A stretch of 64,000 bases of DNA from Phoronis australis (lineage: Eukaryota > Animalia > Phoronida). Shown piece by piece: positions 25,413 to 36,409 of the stretch; within the stretch, counting starts at the first letter, position 1; each line of letters begins with the position of its first letter. The translations under genes were made by a program, and so were the position numbers. The stretch is from NCBI GenBank assembly GCA_002633005.1, contig NMRA01000146.1:241862-305861 (forward strand), read 5' to 3'. Below the pieces are notes generated by a model that was not told where the DNA came from, made no database searches, and saw only the letters and a program-made list of their open reading frames with translations.

Positions 25413-27690
25413 ACATCAAAGTGATGTTGCTATAAATACCTTATGCACGTAGAGGGACACTTTAGGAGGCCATCGATTCCTTCCTACGCCTACAAATACT
25501 CCCGTTACCTTTCTTTTTCTTTTTCTTCGAGCAGTCCCTCGTTCAGTTCCTAAAATCGGTAACTCGTCATGGCAGGGGATATGACGTCATACCACCTGCC
25601 TTGCGAAGTGTTAAAAATAGCGAGTTTCTACCGATTTTGGGAACTGAACGAGGGACTGCTCGAAGGGGCATTTTGTCGAGTTGTAAAGAATTAAATACAT
25701 CGACGGCCTCCAAATGAGTCTCTCTATGCGCAAAAGATAACTCATAACAAGGTGATTTTTATTTTTTAATTCAGTGTGAGGCATACTTCGCCGAAAAGCT
25801 TCCAGCGTATGAAGGCCTATAGGAGCTCTACCGTCTGCAGTTCAACTAGAGACGGTTTGTCATGCTTTTGCCAGCCCTCACAGGCTCTGCCTCAAGTAGC
25901 ACATGTTAATTTTGTGCTGTTTAAAATTGTCGCCTGTGTAAGTTACAAGTGGGTCGAACATTGAGGAAAATTTTTTACCAGTTGTGTGTGGTAGTCATTT
26001 GTTACTACTAGTTTACTGTAGTGAAGTCTCGTTCGTTAGCGACTTCTCGGTCCCTCGGATATCCCCTCCTGGTACTCAATCCCTCGATTTTGAGGCCGAA
26101 TATCGACCCCATTCCCTTCTTAAATGTTTGAAAAATCACGATATTCTTGTGAGGCCCAAAAATTCTCAAGTGATAAAAAATTCCCCTCAAGGTTCGAATC
26201 ACTTGCAACTCGCATAAGTGACAATTGAACTGAGCGCAAAATCTTAGTTTTGGCTAGTTGAGGCGGAGCCTGTGAAGGCATGAATCAAGGTGGGAGGTGT
26301 AATTGGTAGAAATTTCCCCTCGTCCCAAAAAATTCCCCTCTCAGAAGACACAGGCACCATTCCTCTCTGATAATTAGAGCTCTGTACCTCCAGGGATAAT
26401 TCTGGACTGCGCCAATGTGCCATTAGAGTATAAAAAAATAAGTCTCATATACATTGCAGCAGTGCGCCCCCAGGCGTATCTTTTAAAACGCAACACTCTT
26501 CCAAGAAATGCTAGATTCTAGTCAATTTACAGCCAGTGGCTTCTTATTCCGCCACAGCTGCAGTCTGTTTGAAGTCATTGTATGGAATTTTTAAATATAA
26601 AAGGACTATTACATGAACATGGCTCTGTTCTTATTTTGATTGCAGTGGAGTTTTTGTTTCATATGTTACCACTTTTAAATATACTATCTCTGCTGGGCAC
26701 AACTTTTTAAAAAAGGCACACTTTTTTTTTCACCGGGTGCACCCAAAGGGCACTAACTGTTTCAAACCTGGTCAAGAATGTCCCTGTGCCTCCTTATTGT
26801 CCATAAGTGTTTGCAGCTCTGCAATACTGTTTAATTTTGGTAAATATTGTGTTGTTCTTTATTTACTGTCATGATGACAACCGCTTACGATCACCTCTAC
26901 TGTTACACGACATTGCCGTGCATTAACATTTTACAAACTTTCAGTCATATAACCAGACAAGTTTTACACTACGTGTATTAACCTCACTCTGTTTGCAATG
27001 TGGCCGGCCTTGTTCCAAAGCTGTTGGACACTCACTACACAATTACACCATTTGGGTCTTGTAGACAAAACATACCAAACACCCTGTCCACATTTGATAG
27101 AGTACATGTATCTGTTTCGCATTATACTTACCCACATAAGCATTGTTACCAAAAACTGGCCCGTGTATTCGAGGATAAAGTATGCAATTTGAAAATATAC
27201 GTTGAAAAATACATGCCAAAATTGCAGTACTGACCAGCCATTTGAATGTCATCAAGATAATTCAAGGTAAGGCACAAACGACGATAACTCTGAACACAAA
27301 ACTCCCTCCATTTGTTCACTCTCTTTATATTTTGCAACCTGAACAATTGAAAAACTTCCATTAAAAGGCTTTGGTGAGGCATTTTATGCTCAGGTGTATT
27401 GATGCGAGAGACTGAAGCAGAGCAAATCTCGCGAGAATAAAATTGTATGTGATACTGCTTACACATGCACTAGGTTTGCAAGAAATAAAAAAACTCTGAA
27501 GTACTTACACTTGATATGGAAAATTTGTTTACTAAGTGATTTGAGTTGGCTGCTTTGGCACTGCTTACGTCCCATAGATATGGACAGAGTTGTTCAGCAG
27601 AATTGCCAAGTGCAAGGTACCTGTTATTTCGGCTTAATGAACAGTCATGGTTTGGCTTATAAAACTGCGAGGAAAGAATGGTTGTTTTGA

Positions 27691-27757
27691 AGAATAAATT
27701 AGTATGAGAATAAATTAGTATGAGAATAAATTAGTATGAGAATAAATTAGTATGAGA
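27691..27757. repeat. 16-bp minisatellite (AGAATAAATTAGTATG)x4
   Basis: Four perfect tandem copies. Confidence 0.95.
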
Positions 27758-28389
27758 GGCTCTGGTAGACTTGAAGGCCTGGTAAACTGTTTAAGGTTCA
27801 GCAACTCTAGCGTATTGAAATACTCTGGAGAAGAAGATAACAAGACAATGTCTCCGGATACCAGCGATCCAGTGATCCCTGAAATGCGAGTGCATATGTG
27901 AATTTGGATATACTAGTGCAGAATTTCCGTAGTAACTGTTACGAGCAGGCTTTTTTGGCCGTGTCAAGCGTTGAGTTATTAAATTATAGCAGCCTTTTTG
28001 ACTGTTATGTTGTACATTGATATGATTATGTTATCGATACCATAGCATTGTTTTGTTACGGATGCACCCTCTCAATTCTGTATAAAAACTAATGGTCACG
28101 TGAATCAGTTTTCAGCAGATTATTATAGTATAAAGTCAAAAATTAGATTCTTCAGTCTTTCTACTTCAGAACACTTTGTTGTGTACTACGCTGCAGATAC
28201 TTGATGAACCGCCAAAATCAATAATTTCTTACATAGCCTTAGAAGTGAATCGTGGTAATTGGAAAACAATCTAAATCAATAATATGCCTGCTGATGAATC
28301 ATCCCCCATTACCCTGTGAATGGTGCATTCTCACTTCAGTTCTCAATAACTGTGATGTTGATGAAGAATAATGCAGGACTCAGTCTAAG

Positions 28390-28520
28390 ACGGTCTACTT
28401 TATCAATATGTGTGTGCAGCTTATGTGATTCTTTCCTTATTGGTGAAACTACCGGCTATCTTAAGACCCAGGTGAAAGAACATTTTGATACTGATAACAA
28501 TTCTCATAGTAATTGTCATT
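28390..28520 (+). mobile_element. Penelope-like element GIY-YIG endonuclease fragment
   Basis: YQYVC-(frameshift)-CSLCDSFLIGETTGYLKTQVKEH...SH matches the PLE pattern VYxxxCxxCxxxYIGETxRxLxxRxKEH. Confidence 0.7.
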
Positions 28521-28868
28521 GGAAACCTAGTGCAGATGGAGTTGATTAACTGCTATGCGCTTACGCAGTTACGTGTCTTCTTTTTCTTAATACCATATCG
28601 GTTGTTCTTTGCCGAAGTTTCTCTGCTATGCAGAACGACCACTGCTGCCTTGGGTTTTGTTACCAAATGTGTGGGGACACTCCACCTACACTTAAGTGTG
28701 ACGAGTTGCACCATTGCAAGGTGCTCTATAGCTACACAGCTGTTGGTTATCTCACTTAAGGTTTAGTGCGTACACTGTAAGCATTAGACAGAAGAAACAT
28801 GAATGTGTTCGTTCATTCAGTACATCCTTTGTGCAGAATTCAGCATTGGGTTGTTATTTCCAGGTAGA

Positions 28869-30255
28869 ATGAAGAGAGCAGCTTGGAGTTCTGCACAAGC
28901 ACTTGCCACTAGATGTCATGGTTGTTACCTCAGGAGAGTTATTACGTCGTTCTCCGTAAATATGACATATGACAATCATAGAACGTCTTGTTTTCGCTCA
29001 ATTGATAGTAAACGACTGCTGGTGAGTATGGTCAGTGCGAAAGACTTGTTCAATGCTTCGAGAGACCGAAGAAGAATAGATAAGAAGATAAGTAATGGTC
29101 AAAAAGACAACAAAGTGGTTGGAGTAAATCATCGTGAGGCCAAGAGACGACTCGACTGGTCTGTGGCATATCAACTACGACGCAATGTCTTTGATAGGGA
29201 GTGTTACACAAACACAGTATTCATCCAAACAGACAAGCCAGTTCCACCACAGGCATTGGAAAATCTGTCTCGCCAAGACCTTAACGCATTAGATGACAGT
29301 GCGCTTGAAGAAAAGTTAGCCGTTGTTGGAAACGCTGAACTGTCGCAGAAGAAAACAGATCTGTTCAAGATGTTCGATGATGAATTTCAGTCGCGTCTTC
29401 ACAAAATGAAGATTTGGCAGTTGTTGTATGTGGCGGATGTATTCATCTCCTGTCAGTACAAGGCAACCCGTTTTATGGAAAAGCTGCTTTGTTTTGTGGC
29501 TGACAGGTGGGAGATGTCTAGTATCTCTCCTCAAGAGGTCACTCAGGTTGCATTTATTATTGCTGTTAACGGACGTTGCAATATAGAGCTGCTGACGGCG
29601 ATGGAGAAATATGTCCACCAAAATCTGGAAGCGTTCCGACTCGACGAAGTGTCGGTGATTTGTCTGGGGTTCTATCGTACGCGCACGTCATTTCGTAGTT
29701 ACCCACTAATGGATGGCATAGCTGGTAAGGTGCTGTCGGACTGGAGTGACATGCATGTACAGTCGCTGAACAATATTTTCAAACAGTTCAAATATGGTGG
29801 CTACATGACACCGAGTTTCTATAACACTCTTGGACACCATGTTGCTGTGCAGTATGCCAGTCGGAAAATAACTGACGTTAAAGCAGACATCTTTCAGGTG
29901 CTATTCTTGTATGCTTCTTCACGGATCTATAACGAAAGTTTGGTGACGACAGCGCACGACAGATTTGTGGAGTTCATATTTAGTGAACAGGGGAACTCGA
30001 GCGATGTGCTTGGAAAATTCCGCGGAAAAGACGTAGCAAGACTTCTGTGGGCATTTGCAACGTTTGGGTTTGACCTCAATGAAACTGTGGTCGACTCTTT
30101 GGTGGCTAATTTTAGGTCAAGGATTCACAGTGGAGAAGTATCGCAATATCCAGGGATACTCGTCGATGTTCTATTGTCTTTAGCCTATCTGGGTCATTAT
30201 CCTGATGCTCTCCTGGATCACTTCTTCTCAAAAACCAATTTAAACGCTGTCTGGG
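28869..30255 (+). CDS. FASTKD5: FAST kinase domain-containing protein 5-like (mitochondrial), coding exon 1
   Basis: Acceptor ttatttccag at 28863, ATG at 28869, donor G|gtaagt at 30255/30256 (phase 1). The Arg/Ser-rich N-terminus is presequence-like, followed by helical repeats and FASTKD motifs (EVSVICLGFYRT; RGKDVARLLWA; LLSLAYLGHYP). Confidence 0.88.
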
Positions 30256-31431
30256 GTAAGTTTTGTCTGTGCGGAGGATGTGCAATAACGTTATTTTGTC
30301 TCTATATAGCCCTTAACTATGTTGATATCTGGTAAACCATATGTTTGTATGCGACTGCACTGTCGTACAGCTTTTAATTTCATAAATTGGTAATACTTAG
30401 GCCCATTAGTGTTACAGATTCATTCAATCATAGTAGTGGCATTTAAAAAGGCTGTTATCTGCCTTCTGTCAAATTAGAGGCAATTTCAGGACTTCAAGGT
30501 GGTTTGCTACTGGTAGAGACTAGGATCCAAAAATTGGTTTTTCACAGTTGGTCATTTTTATCCCCTGCATGGTCTCAAGAAATAACAAAAGTTGTGTCTT
30601 TTTCTGTTTAATATTAGCATTCTGGAAATGGCTTTCGCATTGTATCCAAGGTATCTTAGGCACCATTGTGAGTGCAGAAGTGTTGTTAATTCTTTGCCAA
30701 TCCAGAAGTAACTTATCATCTGAGTACGGAGTTAATTTGACGCCAGTTTTGAAGCAGAGAGTAGTCATCGACTACTAGTCGAGTGTCGGGTTTCACTCAA
30801 AATAATGTGCCACTTAAATGTAAAATTCCATCGAAGTACAACCTAGTCCCTGTGTCTGACCTTTGTGTGGTGATGTACTAAGACGGTTTTGAGTTGATCC
30901 CATTAATCTTGATGTAGGTGCACAAGTCTACTTGAACGAAAACATCAGACATGATTTCTGCAGTGATCCAGCCAGTGCTACAAATCCTTGAGCTGCTATA
31001 AACTCCTGAAACACATCCAGCAACTTTTCAGCTGTTATTCAATAACTTTATAACTGACTCTTGACTAACCCTGTCTGCTGATGCTGTAACTTGACCTATA
31101 TCTTTATCTTAAACTCTTTTGGGGGCTCTCACTAACCCCTTGTTCGTGACAATATTCTGGAACTTATCACAAGTATTAGGAACACGTTTTAGAACTTCTC
31201 GGAAACCACCCAATCATTGTACTAACAAAGTCCATGTTTTAACCTATGGTTCTATGTTAATCGAGTCATTGAAAAACTAGAATGTTCTAAAGTATTCAGT
31301 TGTCACTATATTCACTGGCCTAACCGCTTAACTAGGAGATTTTGGTCAATCAAGCTAGTGAACAATCAAAACAGCTAGATATCGAGAAACTAGTGTCATT
31401 CTAGTGTTGACAATTTTTCATATCATTCCAG

Positions 31432-31526
31432 ATCACCCTATACCAAGCAAAAAAGTAGAGGCAGTGTTAATATGGCAGAGCTCACTAATTGAAAGTCCAT
31501 CCTTCCAATTAAATGATGAAAGCAGT
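31432..31526 (+). CDS. FASTKD5: FASTKD5-like coding exon 2
   Basis: tcattccag|...|gtaagt; 95 nt, phase 1-0; (D)HPIPSKKVEAVLIWQSSLIESPSFQLNDESS. Confidence 0.8.
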
Positions 31527-32651
31527 GTAAGTTCTTGAGGGGTTTGCTTCATGAAAAGTGATGTATTTTAAAAGGCTTTTGGTATGCATTGCTCGGGTGT
31601 TTAGTGGAATAAAGTTTTTTGCCCGATAAATGCTAGCACATCATTCTCAGTTTAGAAACACTTTGTGAAAATTATCCAAGCAACTAGCAAGTACAAGTAT
31701 GCTTTCAGAGATACTGCAGTAATTTGCTGAGGTGTGCTTTGAAATCGTTTCTCAGAAATAGCTGTCAGGAATGTAAGGTGTAATTTCTGACTATGCCTTC
31801 GGTTCATATTTTTGTGAAATGTACCCCAGAATTGTACAGCTTTAAGGCAACATGTTTCTATGATGCAATCGTAATTGCTTATATTTCTCTCTTTCTGAAT
31901 GTTTTTAAAGTAACTTTTACCAATGTCAACGTGGAGCTGTGTTCCACCTTGAGGCACATCTCTGGAAGCACTGATTTTAGACCTTAGCACAGTGAAAACT
32001 CCCCTACTCAATTTTATCCTTTTTTATTTCTCACACTCTTTCTTTGATGATCGCATGTTTAGCATTCACCCCTCAAAAGCACTAATTATGAACAAAGTCT
32101 GTTGTTGGCTAGATTATTTCCTCTCAACTTCACAACTGTTTGAAGCGATATCAGATGGATTACATTTTCTGGGATTGAAGCGTACTGACAGTTTGTTTTT
32201 TCTTTTAGTCTACCATGCTTGGCGCTGGCGCGTTATGCGAAGCGCCATGTCAAGCCACCTTGTAGAATGTGAGCCTGGGGTCTTAGTCTTTTTACTCTAA
32301 ATCATACTCAAAAAATATGTTTGAAATGCTCTGTTCTCTTTTAATACAAAACCTAAGATAATGATCTAACACTCTGTGCACCCTGGTGTATTATGGTTTA
32401 CCCGCGAGAGTGTGTGGTGTCGGACAGTCCACTAACACTGGTTGAAACTGAAGATTTTGAGTTCAGGATTGAACCTGGTATGAAGTATATTATCCCTTTT
32501 TCTCACAACGCTGAACAGTGCTCATCATCGGCTGAAAAACTAAAATAACCTTTACGCTAAATGTTAACTATCCACACTGCTGTTTTGTTTATTTTCTGTG
32601 TTTTTAGCATTCTTGTTGCAGCCTTGGTTCTCACTTATTCTGATATTTCAG

Positions 32652-32820
32652 GTTCACATAGCTCAGTTGGCTTACAGACTTCCTGTGAATGCAAATCACA
32701 GTGTTGAGATGGAGTTAAAGCGACGGACTGGGTTGCAGGAGATACTTCGGTCTCTACAGCGGCTGTTGCCTGGCCACAAGGTCAGGTGTACTTTTCCTTT
32801 GCCACAGTTCACCACAGCAA
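32652..32820 (+). CDS. FASTKD5: FASTKD5-like coding exon 3
   Basis: tttcag|...|gtaagt; 169 nt, phase 0-1; VHIAQLAYRLP...LQRLLPGHKVRCTFPLPQFTTA. Confidence 0.85.
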
Positions 32821-33629
32821 GTAAGTCAAAGATATGTGGACCTATGTTGCGCTGAAGTTCTTAACAGTAATCATTGGTAATTTCAGAAATGTGCAAGTGG
32901 CACTTATGACGATTAATTTTTGGCAGAATAATTGAGGCAATACAGTAATCTGTCCCAGGCTGACTTGTATATCTATTATATCTCTGAAAGGTCAGTCTGT
33001 GCTGCTTCTGTTTCCTCCTGATAAGTGCAATACAATGTATTCATTCAGTTACCTGCATCTGCGGTTTTGTTTTCTCCATTATTAGTGTGTATAACTGAAC
33101 ATTACATTGTTGATAAAGTATTTCTCCTCGGTTATCATGTTGTAATAGTTGCTGTGTGACTGGCTTGGAGTGACTTGAATATTACGACAAAAATTTGGAA
33201 TTATCTCTCCACTTGACGGTTGCTGAATAAAGTCGAGTAATTATGAGCGCACAGCAGTGTACCAATATTTTTTTTTAGAAATTATGTCCATCGCTGGCAG
33301 TATTCTCACAGACTTTGAAGTGTTGCTCGAGTGAAATTCATTTGGAGCGAGAGTCTTAATTTCTGGTTTGATCCACTGATCAGTTTTCGTGAATCTGAAA
33401 TTTATACTTTTTTTTAACGCTCACAGTTAAAGCTACATATGCAGCCGTCTTGAACAAGTTTTTGTGCCTGTAATATCATATACTAAATCTTAAGTGATAA
33501 CGAGTTAGCTCTTTTTTGTGCGTAAAATTTAAACCCATTTGTATTGTGTTGACAGTTTCATATATTTTGGAGTCTCGCTGCGTTTGTCTGTCAGCAAGGA
33601 CTCTTACTGAGTTGCCGTTTTTTTGCCAG

Positions 33630-33795
33630 GTATAACTGTTGAACAGCAACCTACAAACAGTGTAGCACCATTGAACAAAACTAGACCAGACAGTGTGTTG
33701 GGATCGATGCAACCACAAGGTGGTGCTAGCGTGTTGTCGCAGTTGCTCCATGAGAAGGATGCCAATTATGAGTTACCATGGATACTTAATGATGG
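33630..33795 (+). CDS. FASTKD5: FASTKD5-like coding exon 4
   Basis: tttttttgccag|...|gtgagc; 166 nt, phase 1-2; open frame (S)ITVEQQPTN...YELPWILND(G). Confidence 0.75.
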
Positions 33796-34216
33796 GTGAG
33801 CCGTGAGCCTATTGCGTTTGCTCAAAATTTTGCTTACCTTTGATTGGAGTTTTTAAGTACCAGTCCCAGAGTCAATGCTGCACTACTGGTGACAAATTTT
33901 TGTCCAACTATTTGGAAACTAGTTGGGTTCCTACCAGAAAAGAGCCTACTGACCTGCTTATTTTTAGCCGACTTGCAACACACTGTGTAGTCTATTGCAG
34001 TGCAGACTTCAATGTAGGCTTCTTGATAGTCCCTTAAAAAGCTGTTGTCTAACTACATTCTGTGAAATGATTTCAGGAAGTCTAGGTTTGCTGTAATGCT
34101 GTAACTTGTCAAGGAATGTTAAGATGTCTTGCTTTCTAGTGCTTTTGTAGTCAGATATTGTTTTAATGTGCATTATCATTTGCTGTGTTAGCTCATTTAC
34201 TTAACAAATCTTTCAG

Positions 34217-34276
34217 ATATGAGGAGAATGTTCTCAATTATCCTTCTATGAGGAACCAAGACTACAGTCACAAGAG
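34217..34276 (+). CDS. FASTKD5: FASTKD5-like coding exon 5 (frame-symmetric, could be skipped)
   Basis: tctttcag|...AG|gtgtgt; 60 nt, phase 2-2; YEENVLNYPSMRNQDYSHK(R). Confidence 0.6.
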
Positions 34277-34622
34277 GTGTGTTGATGCGCTACTCAGTTT
34301 TTTCTTCAACTAATATTAAATAATAGATAATTTTTCGCCCCAAGCATTGTGGAAGTGAAAACTCATACATAGCTAGTTATAAGCCAGCCTCCACGTCTGA
34401 GTTACCACTTAAATGAAATCTGATATGCAAGTTCACCCATTAGTTTTAGAGATAAAGCTTCAATGTTTATTCCATTAGGAAGTGCCTTCTGCAATTCATT
34501 GATTATTTCTGTGTTCAGCTCATAGTTGTCCCTCACTGACAAGCTGAGGAGGTCAGGCAAAGCCTCCAAGTTGGATCAGGTTGAAAAGAGGTTTTTCATG
34601 GTCTCTGTGAAAGTATGTTTTT

Positions 34623-34930
34623 TAAGTAAAATCAACTTACTCGTAGACCTTGGAATTGGAGTTCGAATGTTTCGAACTGTGCTCTACAGTTCGTTTTCAA
34701 CGGTTGGTTGGTGGGCGTCCTGGTTTCCGGCCCTTATGTTTCCCTGAAGTAATAAACTGGACAAGCCCACTGGCGTGGGAGAACATCTTGGTATCCCTGA
34801 CCACACTGTATATGACAAACATGCCAAGATACTGGCCAAAGAAGAAAACTGGTTTTCTGGGAAGATCAAAGCATAGTTCGAAACGTTCGAACTCCAATTG
34901 CAAGGTCTGCGAGTAAGTTGATTTTACTTA
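34623..34930. mobile_element. Foldback element with ~60-bp inverted repeats enclosing a Penelope fragment
   Basis: TAAGTAAAATCAACTTACTCGTAGACCTTGGAATTGGAGTTCGAATGTTTCGAACTGTGCT (34623-34683) is mirrored at 34870-34930 with few mismatches. Confidence 0.85.
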
Positions 34931-35475
34931 CAACCAGTTGCATCAGATTTTCCCATATTTGGACATGAATATTTTCCAAAGTTGGCCCTTTTCATATCTC
35001 GATGGTCCAAAGCATTACCATCTCATGGTAGCTATGGTCTGCAGGTGAATATGGATAAAGCCTTTGTTTAGCGCTACTTATTTTTTATGAAATAAATGAA
35101 GAAATGAAATTTCACTTTTCCGCCATTGTGTCCTAAATTGTGCAGATTTTATCGTACTCTGCATTCAAGTAACACACTACAATTAAATCCTAATTGTATT
35201 ACTTTCGGTAATCATTTGCATGTTTGGAAGGTGTAATTACTTTCTTCCATGACAATATACTGTGTTCAACTTCATATTTACTTCTGTCTGATCATTATTA
35301 GTTACTATATCAGTTGAGTTTTATTATGATATGAATGCAGTTATCCTATTTCATTCACAATCTTTAGGCTCGCTTTCTGAGTCGCGACAGAATGAAACAC
35401 AAATATGAGGTTAAGTTCTTATTTAATTTGCATTGGGGGATCGTATAAAGTGTTAAACTTTAACTCCTTCTCCAG

Positions 35476-35590
35476 GTATGTCGTTGAAGTTCATGGCTTC
35501 AACCAATATGCCTCTTGTCAGTCACGGTTATTGGGACTTCACCGAATGAAAGTTCGTCAGCTGAGACTGTCTGGACACCACGTCTTTGTT
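35476..35590 (+). CDS. FASTKD5: FASTKD5-like coding exon 6 (RAP domain)
   Basis: ttctccag|...|gtgagt; 115 nt, phase 2-0; YVVEVHGFNQYASCQSRLLGLHRMKVRQLRLSGHHVFV. The NQY...LLGLHxMKxRQL..G pattern is the FASTKD5-type RAP domain. Confidence 0.9.
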
Positions 35591-36310
35591 GTGAGTACCA
35601 TTTTGTAATACGCATTCAAGCTTGAAGTGAAATTGATGTTTGTCTTATTTCTCAAGAGTATAGCTATCAATAAGTAGAATTATACTGGGACTTATCCTAA
35701 GAAGAAAACATAATCTTGCATATAAGACTCTGTGAGTCTGTGATCATCAAAGATTGTTTGATGTTTTTGCTAGTGATAATGTGTTATTTTAAATATTTGA
35801 TTCTTGAAGATCTTACAAATAAAAAATCAACAAACATTTTGATATAGAAATATACATATAGAAATATTCATAGCCTGTGGTTCCCTTTGAGGACGCGTTG
35901 TTCTTGTGTCTGAACATTCGTATGTCTTAAAAATGTTGTTGCTGCAACATTTTCAAAACATAGCTGCACATTTTGATCATATTTTGTGAGACATCTCCAG
36001 GGGCCAGTCGATATCTTCGCGAAATAACTGCAGATTTTGTTCATATGTGTACTGAGATGTAGGTGGGAAAATGTCAGTCGATTTTGTTGTTCCTGGCATC
36101 ATGTTCAAGTTCACTATGATAAAATCAAGTTTCCAACTGGAAATAGTTGACGCGATATCTCAAGCAGGAAGCTCTGCAGTTTCCTCGTATTATGTACTGA
36201 GGTGCGGGTTCGCCCCCTGCGATGACGTGGCAATTTAGTCTCCTCTGCTATAAATGCTTGTCAAATACTGTTTTACAGCCATTGCTACATAGTCTTTTGT
36301 AATGTTTTAG

Positions 36311-36409
36311 GTGCCTCCCACAGTAGCGTTGAGACTTTCCGCAGTATCAAGTAATGACAGGGAACAGTTTCTCTCAGAGTCTATAGTGAAGCATATCCAA
36401 GGACAGTGA
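36311..36409 (+). CDS. FASTKD5: FASTKD5-like terminal coding exon
   Basis: gttttag|GTG CCT...CAG TGA; 99 nt, phase 0. Total spliced CDS is 2091 nt, or 696 aa. Confidence 0.8.
   Translation: MPPTVALRLSAVSSNDREQFLSESIVKHIQGQ

Larger units (their letters stand above)
22046..27036. repeat. ~1.6-kb direct near-duplication (22046-23650 vs 25413-27036) across a 771-N gap
   Basis: Colinear copies with scattered SNPs and indels. N-gap at 23950-24720. Confidence 0.95.

Noticed and set aside
28803-30335. 510-aa single-exon gene as given by the ORF track
   Set aside because: Both ends are intronic read-through. Splice sites at 28863 and 30255 and the downstream exons give a 696-aa protein.
30918-30991. 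Alternative exon after gatgtag
   Set aside because: The required phase hits TGA before any donor. Exon 31432-31526 fits phase and motif.
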